Positions 51,246 through 63,339 of a stretch of 64,000 nt of DNA are shown one piece after another (within the stretch, counting starts at the first letter, position 1; each line of letters opens with the position of its first letter). Origin of the DNA: Negaprion brevirostris. Taxonomy: Eukaryota. Made by a program: the position numbers and the translations under genes. The stretch lies in the NCBI GenBank assembly GCA_030324005.1, contig JARDVH010000031.1:50585954-50649953 (forward strand). Direction: 5' to 3'. The notes below the pieces were generated by a model. It was not told the DNA's origin. It searched no databases and saw only the letters and a program-made list of their open reading frames with translations.

Positions 51246-52506
51246 ACTAAGAAATTAGTTTCCTTCTTACAGCTTATGAACAAAATTCACCTGAGACAAC
51301 TTGCAGAGTTTTATAGAGTAGAATCAATTAAAATAGAACTTAGCCTCACGTTAATTATTTGTATATTTCAGCATTTAAAATTACCTCCTCAGACGCCATC
51401 ACAGCCATTCCAGTCATCAGTTTTTTAATGCGAAGCTGCAATCAAATAATTAAAGATCAAAAAATTATGGTTTCCATTTATGTTAATGAATTGAGCTTAA
51501 ACTACTCCACCCTCAAGTTAAAAGCAAATGATTCATTTGGAAATTCTCATTTGATAGTATTCTGAACAATAAGATTTGTTCCATTTGAACATCGTTCAAT
51601 TTGTTGACTATTCCCAAATCGTTCACCCAGCATCTTCACCTGGTTATTCCACTCCCATACCAATGTGCTTGACTCCTGAAGTAGCTGAGCTAACCACTCT
51701 ATATCAAAGTTGAAAAACTGGAGATAAATAATGTCTGTCTTGCCCCTGATCCTCCTGTCGCAAACAAATAAAAAAAAGGTGCAAAAACTTTTAAAATAAA
51801 ACAAAAGTTGGCAAATGAGAACAATGGACGCTGAGGTGTTTTCCTGGGTCTGGACAGCCATAGAGTTGTCAACCTGGATTGAACTTTTATTCCCTGGTGT
51901 TTGGATGGACTTTCTCAAAGGAATCAGTGGGTATATTGGAGGATTTTCAGAACATTAAGTTATTTTTCTTCCACTCATATTAAAGTTAAGAATCAGAAGT
52001 AATATTCCAGACTTTCCTTTTATTTTGTATTGACATTAGACTGTCGTGAAGTTAGCGATCAATTTGGTGTATGACAAATGCAATATCTCAGTTCTACTAC
52101 TTGTCCTCATAGCATTTACATTCAACTGCAATTTACCCATTGCAAACTGTTCATTCATTTGCTGGTAGTAAAATAGACTTTAATCAGCTGGAAAATATTA
52201 ACAGAATTCTAATTTTCTAAGGTAATTTGGTTCTCAGAGTCCAGACAACTTCATCTAATGAACTTGTATTTAATTCCTGGTTTATTCTATTTGATTTTCT
52301 CGGTTCCAGAGGTTTGAAAAGGACTTTTTCTAAAATAAAACCTAGTATTCACAAGTTGGAATTCATGCAAATTAAAAACATGGGATTTAAATTTTGTGGT
52401 CCCTTGCTTTTAATTTGGTAATTATAAACTGAATTAGTCATGAGGAAAAGATACAAAAGCAAACAAAGATATTTCTTATTACAAAGACTGTGTGATAACA
52501 ATGTAC

Positions 52507-52596
52507 CTCTTCAACAGCCTGCAAGTCTTCTTCCTCAGATACGTCAGTCATCCCAGTTGCCAGTCCTGTTCCCAGGGTCCCTGTTTTGTCTTCATT
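52507..52596 (-). CDS. Candidate 90-nt phase-0/0 exon (NEDKTGTLGTGLATGMTDVSEEEDLQAVEE), unidentified
   Basis: Acceptor TTGTTTTTACAG, donor GAG|GTACAT; only phase 0 is open; GC-richer than flanks. Confidence 0.45.
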
Positions 52597-52888
52597 CTGT
52601 AAAAACAATACAAAATTATGCAAATCAATGATGCAACACCTCTAAGCGACAACATTGGAAAGTATTAGAATCTGGTTGTAACAGTAAAAGACAGATGATA
52701 TCCTTATATGGCAAGTTTGATTGCAGTCTGAAAAAGACAAAACCATTAAGGATATAAAGAGTTGGCAACTTACAAAAAAAACAGACTACACTTCAAAAAC
52801 CATCAAGGAATTATCACAAAAAGCAGGATAGGCCATTTGGCTCCACCATTGACTTTGATAATCAAATTCCCCCCTCCCAAATCCCTTT

Positions 52889-53220
52889 AGATCATAGAAC
52901 CCTACAGTGCAGAAAGAGACCCTTCAGCCCATTGAGTTTGCACTAAACAATCCCACCCAGGCCCTACCCCGATATCCCTACATATTATACCCACTAATCC
53001 CTCTAACCTACACATCCCTGGATACTAAGGGGTAATTTCTTAGCATGGTCAATCAACCTAACCCGCACATCTTTGGACTGTGGGAGGAAACCGGGAGTAC
53101 CTGGAGGAAACCCATGCGGACATGAGTATGTGCAACCTCCACACAGTGACCCAAGCCAGGAACTGAACCCAGGACCCTGGAGCTGTGAAGCAGCAGCGCT
53201 AACCATTGTGCTACCGTGCC
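52889..53220 (-). mobile_element. HE1-like V-SINE
   Basis: Head, core and CR1-type tail. Confidence 0.9.
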
Positions 53221-53291
53221 GTTGGTGTAGCTAAATGAGCGTTTACTAAAATTAAACATCCTACATGCCTCAATTCGATTGGAGACGTTAC

Positions 53292-53477
53292 CTTTTCTTT
53301 CTCGGCCTGTAACAGTGCTTTCTCCTTGTCCTTTATTTGAGTTTCTCTGCTGGCCAGGTCTGACTCCAACAAAGCCTTATCTTGTTTCAGTTCCTGCACC
53401 ATCTGTAGATTGCTGCTGGCCTGATTCCTGCTGGTAACCAGCTCCTCCTCAGCCTGGAGCAGCTTCTCCTCCTTAGC
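53292..53477 (-). CDS. EEA1: EEA1-like coiled-coil exon (62 aa)
   Basis: CAG|AKEEKLLQAEEELVTSRNQASSNLQMVQELKQDKALLESDLASRETQIKDKEKALLQAEKEK|GTAACG; aligns without gaps to recalled human EEA1 SVEEKLSLAQEDLISNRNQ...IQELK..KATLEQD...KAL..IQKEK. Confidence 0.8.
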
Positions 53478-53829
53478 CTGTGGATGAATACATTACCGTT
53501 ATTCCCTTCATCCCTCAGATATGACCTGTTGCTGCAGCGCATTCCAGACCTGAGAGGTGGAAGACAAAATTTGTTTTCCCATTTCTAACCGTGCAACAAA
53601 AATAACTTCTGTTCAGGACTATCAGGAGGAGAAGTCAGCCATTCGGCCCCTCAAACCATTTACAGCCGAGATAGAAGCCAAACAACCCACTACGCTGACT
53701 TACGGAAGAGGTACTGATTTACCCATTATCCTGATCTTGCCCCCAGCCCTTTTCCAGTTCCAGTTTTTATCCAGTTCCCTTTTGAAAATTACTAACTCAA
53801 CCAGCTTTCAGCCAAACAAGCAGCATTGA

Positions 53830-54665
53830 CACAGCACCCTTTCTACACTAAACTGCCCTAAGACAACTCACAGGGCATTATTAGAAACAAAACTAAACTA
53901 CATAAAGGGGTACGAGGACAGGTGATTGAAAGCTTAAACAGCGAGGAGGAGGAGAGGTTTAGAAAGCGAATTCCAGAGCTTAGGATCTAGGAAGCTGATG
54001 GCATGGCCACCAATGGAGAGAGATTAAAATCAGAGATGCCCAGGAGGCTGGTATTTGAGGAGGGCAGATACCTGAGAGGCTGTTAGGACTGGAGGCTGTT
54101 GCTCAACTCAGGCATGTGCTAGAGCCACCTAAAAGAAAAGTAAAAGGCCCCAAATACCCACTAAAATCGCCACTGACAAAGTTGAATTTCTGTCCCCTGT
54201 TACTTCCATATAATTTGCTGTTTTTGGGCTATTTTAGAGGTGGTATTCCAGTGCCCTCCCATATTAACTGAGCTAAAATCCCTATGGTGGGGGTGGAAGT
54301 TTATAAATTTTCAAATTGAGGTGCTGCTGAGAGCCAGTGTAGGTCAGCAAGCCCTGGGGTGATAGAGGGACAGGGCATTGGGCAGCAGAGTTTCAGATGA
54401 GATTAATTTCATGAGGAGTAGAAGAGGGGAGGCTACTTTAGGAATGCATTGGAATTGTCAGATCGAGGGGCATGGACAAGGGGGGGATTTTTCAGCGGTA
54501 GATAGACTGAAACAGGGTGGAGTTGGGCGATGTTACAGAGATGGAAATAGGTGGCCTCAGTGATGGTGCAGCTGCGTGGTTGCTGGAGTCAAATATGACA
54601 TCATCAGTCCGGTTTTAGCCTCCGACAGCAGCCAGGAAGAGGGATCGAGTCAATAGCTGGGGACA
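53830..54665 (-). mobile_element. L2 LINE 3' fragment interrupted by a 198-bp insert
   Basis: GAATTCCAGAGCTTAGG, GCCAGTGTAGGTCAGC and GGGCAGCAGAGTTT motifs co-linear on both sides of 54092-54289. Confidence 0.6.
54092..54289. repeat. 198-bp inverted repeat, arm 1 (partner 55501-55698)
   Basis: About 4 mismatches by manual comparison. Confidence 0.95.
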
Positions 54666-54921
54666 AACTATCTGGTGAGACAAAGGAACAGCGTTCCAAA
54701 AGCTTGTGGGATTACTATCAAATAAACTTACTGGACTTTAACCTGATGTTGTGAGACTTCTTACTTTAGATACCACATGCAGCCCAGCAGCACCAGGCAA
54801 CAGCCTGTCGAAACAGACCCAATTTTCATTCACACATCGCCAGCTTAGATGATAAATTTCTCATATTCAGGTTATAGTCAGTGCAGAGAATAGTTGATGG
54901 TGCAGCATTGAAGTAATAGGG

Positions 54922-55091
54922 GTGCAGGCTAGGTTGACTGGCCATGCTAAATTGCCCCTTAGTGCCCCGGGATGTGTCAGGTAGAGGGATTAGTTGGGTA
55001 AAATGGGTGGGGTGACAGGAATAGGGCCTGGGTGGGATTGTTAATGGTGCAGACTCGATGGGCCAAATCTCTGCACTGCAGGGATTCTATG
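54922..55091 (+). mobile_element. HE1-like SINE 3' half
   Basis: GGCCATGCTAAATTGCCCC...GGGATTCTATG. Confidence 0.8.
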
Positions 55092-55500
55092 CTTTAAAAG
55101 ATGCGTAACAGCAGGGTGGCCTGTTTTCTTGGCAAGTGGGTGGGGGGTCAGGGGGTGACTGTCGCGCAGAGTGAGGAAAGTGGATGGGACTCTGCTGAAT
55201 TGAGTCTGTGCTGCTACGAGGTCTGGAACGTTAACACTGCCCCACAGTTTGCCACCACTCATCACAGGTCCTCTAACGCCTGCTCGAACACAGTCAACTT
55301 GGTCCAGGCCACGATGCACAGTTCACTCCCTGCTCAGGAAAGTGGCTCACTCCACTGCCAATGACACAGACGTCACTGCCTCGGGAAAGTCAACAGAAAC
55401 CCCAAGCAACAAAGACCCAAAGTGAATTCAATGCTCTGTGTCATCCTCCACAGCAAGCGACGAGTGCCTGAATTAACACCAGAACAAGTGACACACCAGT

Positions 55501-55698
55501 CACCATAGGGATTTTAGCTCAGTTAATATGGGAGGGCACTGGAATGCCACCTCTAAAATAGCCCAAAAACAGCAAATTATATGGAAGTAACAGGGGACAG
55601 AAATTCAACTTCGTCAGTGGCGATTTTAGTGGGTATTTGGGGCCTTTTACTTTTCTTTTAGGTGGCTCTAGCACATGTCCGAGTTGAGCAACAGCCTC
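55501..55698. repeat. 198-bp inverted repeat, arm 2
   Basis: Reverse complement of 54092-54289. Confidence 0.95.
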
Positions 55699-55744
55699 AT
55701 TTCAGGATCAGAGTGAGGGCCCTGCACTGGTTTCAAAAGGAGAA

Positions 55745-56158
55745 GAATAACTTGCATTTCTATAGCACCTTGCACACCCTCAGGATCCCAAGGTGCTTTA
55801 CAGCCAATTAAGTGTATTTTAAAGCATGCTCACTACCGTAATGTAGAAAACACAGCAGCCAATTTGTGCACAGCAAGCTGACGATGACTAGATGGTGTGC
55901 TTTGGGGATGTTGATTGAGGGATAAATATTTGCCAGTACAAAGGGGGGAACTGCCCTGCTTTCCTTCAAAGTAGTGTCCTTGGATCCTTTATGCCTATGC
56001 AAGTGGACAAACGGGGCTTTGGTAGCATATCTGACAGTGCAGCACTCCCTCAGTACTGCAGTGGAGTGTCAGCCTGGATTTATATGCTCCAGTTTCCTGA
56101 TAGAATGTGAACCCACAACCTTTTGACTCAGAAAAGAGTGCTACCCATTATGCCACAG
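55745..56158 (-). mobile_element. Deu-domain SINE with L2-type tail
   Basis: AACTTGCATTTCTATAGCACCTT tail; GAGGGATAAATATT; GACAGTGCAGCACTCCCTCAGTACTGCA; tRNA head. Confidence 0.75.
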
Positions 56159-56455
56159 AAGATAGGGCCAATATTTAAAAAACAGTCTGGCAAATTTGTC
56201 TACAAACTAATCAGAGATGACACTGTGTACTCCTCTGACTAATTTCTCAGTCTGAAATGGGGAATGAGCATCTGTTCTCGAGGGATCAGCTGGAGGAACA
56301 GCTGGGTAAAAACTTACCCTTACAGGAAGCCAGGAGCAGGGGGGTGAGCTGTCATGCCTCACCTAATATTGCAGACTGCTGGTAGCCTATGCACAAACCC
56401 CTCATCCTGGGAAAACAGGGGTAGGGAGGGGAAATGAATGAATGAATTAACCTAC

Positions 56456-56638
56456 CTTCAGGTCGTGCCTGGTTGAAGACAGTTCCGATTCTTTGCCATA
56501 AATATCTGACTGAAGCTTGGCCAGGTTGGTTTGAGAGGCTTGGTAATCCTTCTGCAGCTCGGATAGCTTCCCTTCATTCACAGCCAACTGCTCGTTCAAC
56601 ACTGCCAGTTGCTGCTGAAGTTTGGGTAATGTGTCGGC
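56456..56638 (-). CDS. EEA1: EEA1-like coiled-coil exon (61 aa)
   Basis: TTTTCTGTTCAG|ADTLPKLQQQLAVLNEQLAVNEGKLSELQKDYQASQTNLAKLQSDIYGKESELSSTRHDLK|GTAGGT; matches recalled human EEA1 KLQQQL...LQSDFYGRESELLATRQDLK; absent from the supplied ORF track. Confidence 0.85.
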
Positions 56639-56724
56639 CTGAACAGAAAATAGAAAACAAAGACAATTTGTTTGAATAGCACCTTAGGATTTGTACAATC
56701 ACAGGGAAGTCAAGACAATATACT

Positions 56725-57037
56725 TCATAAAATCCCTACAGTGCAGAAGGAGGCCATTCAGCCCTTCAAGCCTGCACTGACAACAATCCTACTCGTGTCC
56801 TATCCTCGTAACCCTGTGTATTTGCCCTGCTAATTGTCCTGACACAGAGAGGATTTAGCAGGGCCAATCAATCTAACCAGCACATCTTTGTACTGTGGTA
56901 AGAAACCGGGGTACCCGGAGGAAACCCACCCAGAAACAGGGAGAAAGTGCAAACTCCACACAATCACCTGAGGCCGGAATTAAAACTGGGTCCCCGGCGC
57001 TGTGAGGCAGCAGTGCTAACCACTGTGCCACCATGCT
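56725..57037 (-). mobile_element. HE1-like V-SINE
   Basis: Head, core and CR1-type tail. Confidence 0.85.
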
Positions 57038-57417
57038 ACCCCACTTGAGATGACTTTCTGCTCCCATGAATTTGTATGAGAAAACCATTTAAAACATAAA
57101 ATTACATGTGAAAGCCATGGATCTTGTTTGCAGTTGATTATGTATTTCAAGCTGTGTATTGACTCTGATAGTAACTAAAATGAGCAATGACTTTGCTATA
57201 AATATATATTAATATATGTTAACTTGTTTTTGATTAGAATTATAATTTAACTCCATATTCATCATGGCCACCATTATCATCCATTACAGCTGTGTGTAAT
57301 TTACCTCTCCCTCAAATAATCTTAAAGTACCTTCAAAATGATACCTTAAATAGCCATCATGCAATATTGTGACTTTGATGCCCTCAGAAAGATTTTCTTT
57401 ATTTACATTCTTTTGAG

Positions 57418-57713
57418 AAGCAGCACAGTGGTTAGCACTGCTGCCTCATAGTGCCAGAGACACAAGCTAGATTACCGGCTTGGGTCACTGTCGGTGCAGA
57501 GTCTACACGTTCTCCCCATGCCTGCATGGGTTCCCTCCGAATGCTCTGGCTTCCCCCCACAGGCCGAAAGATGTGCTAGAATGTTGCATTGGTCATACTA
57601 AATTCTCCCTCAGTGTACTCGAATAGACGCTGGAGTGTGGCAACTAGGGGATTTGCACATTAACTTCATTACAGTATTAATGTAAGCCTACTTGTGACTA
57701 ATAAATAAACTTA
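57418..57713 (+). mobile_element. V-SINE, second-tail subfamily
   Basis: GCCTACTTGTGACTAATAAATAAA tail. Confidence 0.85.
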
Positions 57714-60700
57714 AAAACTGTGGACTGGCATGTTAACACTTGGCTGTTGCTGAATTTTGCCTTAACAATCAGAACGTTTCACCACCTCTATGTTGGTTAT
57801 TGCAAATTCTAGTCCATAACAACAAAGCTCTTGCTATTTGTCTTTCTGTCGTTCTTTCTCTTAGTCATTCTCTTTGCTTCCATTTATACTTTATGAAAAG
57901 ATCTCACAATTTTTTCGGTATGACCTTCTGATATCTCTGAGTCTCATTTTTCTTCCTATTCAATGTACCCATGAAATCATAGGCCTCGGCACTCTCACTT
58001 TATTCTTAGTTGTAATGTAACCTTTACTCTACTCGTCTCATCTTTAAATTTTTTTTACTGCTGGTGCTTCATTGAAATACATTATAATACTCAAATTCAG
58101 CTAATGGTCATTTTCATCGGGACCACATCAAAGTAGTCTAAACTCCATCTGGTGATAAAATGGTGCAAGATAGTCCTCAGTCAGGTTATCCAGTCCTCCA
58201 GCATCTGTCCTGCTCTTGCGCCCCCAGATGATGACCAGAAAATATATGTTATAGTGTTTCATAACATCAGCAAGATAGATAGCCTCCGTGTTTCTGCATC
58301 AGAACATTAAAAGAAACCCAGAAAGATATTTAACTGTTGGCTCTGTCCTAACTTACTGGAAAGATAAGTTCCCAAATATGGAAAGGATTAATACTTAAAT
58401 AAATGGATTTATATCCGTTTTAAATGTGTACATTGAATATCTCACAAAGCAAATGATATACTGTAGAATGGCTTATAGTCACTCAAGGAATAATTGTGGG
58501 AGTGGGAGACATCTGTATATTCATGGAAATTTAGAATTGAGTGATAGGTTTGACTGCCCTCTGACTGTATACAGGTCTACAATATGTGCAATGAGGATAT
58601 CTTCGCTGGTCGTTCGCAGTAGGTAACTAACAGATCTTTAAACAAACATTAGCATCAGGTGAATTACTAAATGGGTAAATGAAATAATTATTTAGGTGAA
58701 CGGATTATTAATGACATTTTCTTATAAATTGCTGCATGTTCAGAATACAATATAGAGTCTGGAGAATATGTATGATTCTATCCCTGTCTTTTTTGTTATC
58801 TATTACTTTTAGTTAGCAAACTAAATCATCTATTTCAAAATTTGAAAACGGCCAAATTTTCGAAAACATTTTTTCACTTTAATAAAAATTCTTTGGTTAA
58901 TAGAGCTGGTTTATGCATTAACTTATTTTCAACTTACAAGTACTGAAAGTGGCTAAATTCAGAACTAATTACCAAGGTTCTGTTGGTAATTTTAACTAGG
59001 ATAATTATTATGCAAAGCATACCCACCCAGAATGTTTGCATAACTANNNNNNNNNNNNNNNNNNNNNNNNNNNNNNNNNNNNNNNNNNNNNNNNNNNNNN
59101 NNNNNNNNNNNNNNNNNNNNNNNNNNNNNNNNNNNNNNNNNNNNNNNNNNNNNNNNNNNNNNNNNNNNNNNNNNNNNNNNNNNNNNNNNNNNNNNNNNNN
59201 NNNNNNNNNNNNNNNNNNNNNNNNNNNNNNNNNNNNNNNNNNNNNNNNNNNNNNNNNNNCAAGCTGCAGGGCGACGGAGCGACTCTTCTGTGACCAGATG
59301 TGGTAGAAGTAGTAGAGAACACTAACAGACCCTGCAGTGCCCAAAAATACTGTGTTAAGACTCCAGTGATAGGTGCCATTGGCTGATACTACCTCTATCT
59401 GGAATTGTGAATTAAATTGTTACTGAATATTAAATAAATAACATGAAGTAAATATTAGCCTTAAAGTCACAATATCTTTCCGCTTTTAAAGTGCAGGGAA
59501 TCCTCTATCCATTTGGATTTTTGCTTTACTTTTATTAAAAGTAATAGATGCAATTTTTCAAATATTATTTTTTATTCCATGACTACATTAAGAAACACTT
59601 ACAGGAGAGTTTAATGCTATCTACACCCGACTCCTTGTCAGAAATCTGATAAGAAGCCAGCTCTACTTAACTAAAATCAATGTAACGTACTGACTATGCA
59701 GTTCCAGTTTTATGGCAATTATGTGACATATCAATATTCCACTAGTTTTATTATGACTTTTCCATGTTGATAGGATAAGTGATCCAAATAAAATGGTTGG
59801 CATTGCTGGCAAAACTAATGAAAGGTGTGTGTCACCTTTATTCAAATCAGTGGGTGTGCAACAGATTTTCTAATTTTGTGGAATATTAACAGATTGCTTC
59901 TTTATATCTGGTCTGACACAATTCTAAGAAGTATTTTGCCTCATGAAGAGTCATTACCATTGGGCCACTAGATCATTTTGATTGATTGAAAACTTGTTTT
60001 AGTGTGAAACAAAATGATTAAGTGTGACTCTCATCAGTTTCATAATCTCAGCTCCAGCAACAGAAGAAGGCATTGAAAAGGTGTGAGAAGAGAAGGACAT
60101 TTTTAGGATTGTTGCACTGGACAGAGCTGACTCAAGGTTAGCACCAACTAAAGTTTTCAAACAGATCATGTAGCTATCATCTTGGATGAGGAATCATGCA
60201 GTCTGAAGACACCTGAAGAGAGTGAATAAAGTAAAAACTGAGTATGATTTGCATAAGCACACTGTGACACTGAAAAGTTGATCATGTGTTCCTGACTGTA
60301 ATCTCCCACCTCACTCAGTTCCCAATCTTAACTTTGTCAGTGCAAGTAGATGTTGCCTAAAACCACTGGTACAGATAAACTGCCTGCTGATATCATATCC
60401 ACATATTACTGACCATTTGCACCACCCTTGATTTGTGGAACCATGAACATCTGTTATAGGCGTGTGACCTAGATTCTTCTTCCTAGCAGGTGACATTTTT
60501 AACATTACGGAAGAGCCAACCTCTGTCCTGACTCCTTTTCAATAGTTAATAATTCAAATTCTGCTCTGCAACTATTCCTAAAATGATGTGATGATGAAGC
60601 AGGTTGAGGCAACCATCATGCAATTGTTTCACACTCATAAAATGCTGAGACCATTTTGCAACAGTACACAATGGTCATTGTTACTGTAGAAAGAGAGATA

Positions 60701-63339
60701 ATCGGCCATTCATCTGTCTTCAAACAGTCAGTTCAGAGTGTTCAGGACAAGGTTAGCTCCAGCTAGTCCATATGCACGGTGAATAGGAAGAGGGGAGAAA
60801 CTGTGATAATAGTGGGTTTGTTAGCTCATAGACTGAGGTAGCTGCCACATTGGACTTCATTTGTAGAAAAAAAATCCCATATTTTAATCACAATTTTAAT
60901 ACCCCCTTAAAATTTGTGTGTTGATTTTCTTACGACAACTAAAAGGAAAAGGGGAAAGTAGACCACCAAAGTACTTTCTGTTGGACAAGCTGACAATCTG
61001 TAAAAAGTCCAAAGTGCTTCTTGTTTATCTCAATGTTATCATAAATTTCAATCATAAATACCTTTAGTGTATTGACAGAAACATCAGTTGCTGAATTATT
61101 ATCCAGGCCTGTATAAGTTTAGTGAGGTTTAACTAGATTAGAAATATATCGCTTGAACTTTAACTTTAAAATGAATGTTGTGAAGATTTCATTTGTTATT
61201 GTCAATAATGACCTAAACAGGCTAGCAAGTAGGAGTCTAGATGTGTTGATTTTTTTTGGAACAACTGAATACTGAGGAACCGAAGGTACAAGCTGTTATG
61301 AATAATAGATCTTAAATATTCTTGAAAATTAAACTGCTTACAATAGATTTACAAGAAAGTGTGAATTGTCATGGATTAATAATTTACCACAATTTAGGAT
61401 CAGACTTCATACTCAGACAGAGGATGGGTTATTCAATAACAAGCCATATTATCTCATTCATCATTGCTCACCTCAGGTACTTTAGTCTGCAGAGAGCACC
61501 TTCTTCAATTTCTGTTAATATATTGTGAACTGTTGTGAAATCAATTGAAAAAGGGCCCTGGTGCTTACTTAGTGTTATTTGAGTAGATTGTGTTGCACGG
61601 TGCACCCATTATGGGTTTACTTTTAGTTAAAGAGAAAATCATTCTCTTTGCACAAATTGTTAACCTTCAGCAAGAGGTATATTATCACAAAATCCTGTAT
61701 TTTTTGCATGTTCCCTAATCAAAATGCATGAAATTATCATTGGCATTATTTATATATACATATGAGTTTGAGTTAAAATGATATATAATATGAGGTCAAA
61801 GCTCACGTATAATAGTTGATTTGGAACCATCTGGAGTGCGTATCTTTTTAACCATGCTTGGATGAGTTGGCCAGCAACCCAACAGAGCAGCATACAATAA
61901 AATCTGAGCAATTTGATTAACTCACTGTTCAGAACATTATTCCATCTCTCTTATTTACCCAATAACTCAATCAAAAACATGCCCAGTGTAGTTGTTCTAC
62001 ATCACATCATGTGAACAACACGTGTAGACCTTTATTGTCAGACTCTGCTGAGCTTCTAATAATAATAATCTATATAGTTCTTATGATTTTGTAGTAGAAA
62101 TTTGTACTGTAATGGGATTTACCCATTTTAATGCTTTATTTTCATTAAGAAACTGTCAAAACAATGAAAATGCTGGCTCATTTGGGATTTAACTCGCGAG
62201 AACACAATCCCATGGGCTTTCTAAATATTTTGTTTTACGCTAATCTCTTAACAGTGCTCAATATGATTGATTATATCACAATTTGATTTTTAAATGCAGG
62301 AATCACTTTACAGCCATTCTGTTTAAAGTGCTCTTCTTTCATAAGGGTCTTTCAAACCAGCAGTGAATTAAATGAATTTACCGTGTTCACAGTTGAAATG
62401 TGAAGGTGCCTTATTTATTGTAGATTTACCTATGGTCACTTGTCTGTTTTAGCTTTTCTTAGACTGAATCAATTTTCAGAAAAAAAAATGACAGGGAGCT
62501 GCTTACTCGGTGTAAACCTCTGGCTATTTTGCTTTCTATGATTACTTGACACTGTATATGATTAAAATCCACAGATGTCATTTATTTATAAATGTTGCAG
62601 GTCCATAGATTTATCAGTTTGTTTCTAGTTTCTGATTATACTTTAGAACTCTGTGACTGTCTGTTTTGATACCTGAGTTTGAACCCAAATAATTGTTCAG
62701 AATAGAAATTTAGAGATTATTTCGACAGGTCAGCACTGAAATGTGTTGTCTGTCTCAGTTCAATCCCCAGTAGATTCAGCTACACAGCATGACATAACAC
62801 TGCCACAGATTTAAGGTTGGAAATCGATGCAGTATTAGTCAGGGCAGACAGTGCACCATCTTCATACCTGATTGAAGACTGCAACATAATTTGTACCACT
62901 AAAAACTGTGATTCATTTCCAAATTATTCAATTAGTTCTTCTTAATGCTTGTGTCCCACAGGTCTAACCCAAGTGATTTACAAAAAAAAAGCATATTCTA
63001 TATTGATATAAAATGTTTGCCAGCATGCATCTAGTCCTGGATACAGATAGTGTCCTGTGGACTTTTCGTACAGAGTCCCGTGGACATGTGTTTACCAATG
63101 CAGCTGAATTTGGCAGCTTTATAGAGTGCTTGAGTGAGAGCTTTCCTGCATCAAACAACGGCTTGTAGGTCTGTATTGTGATTGTAAAACTGGAGTATTG
63201 TAGGTGGATTACAATTTACAGATTAAGATTTGTTAACCTTCCACACAAAACAAGAATTATTCCTGATTTACAGATTTAATTATTGTCTAACCTACAGTAG
63301 GCACATATTGTGACAGGTTCACAAAAAAAGTTTAGAGGT

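Noticed and set aside
54092-55698. DNA transposon with 198-bp TIRs
   Set aside because: No TSD, and the host L2 continues inside the supposed element
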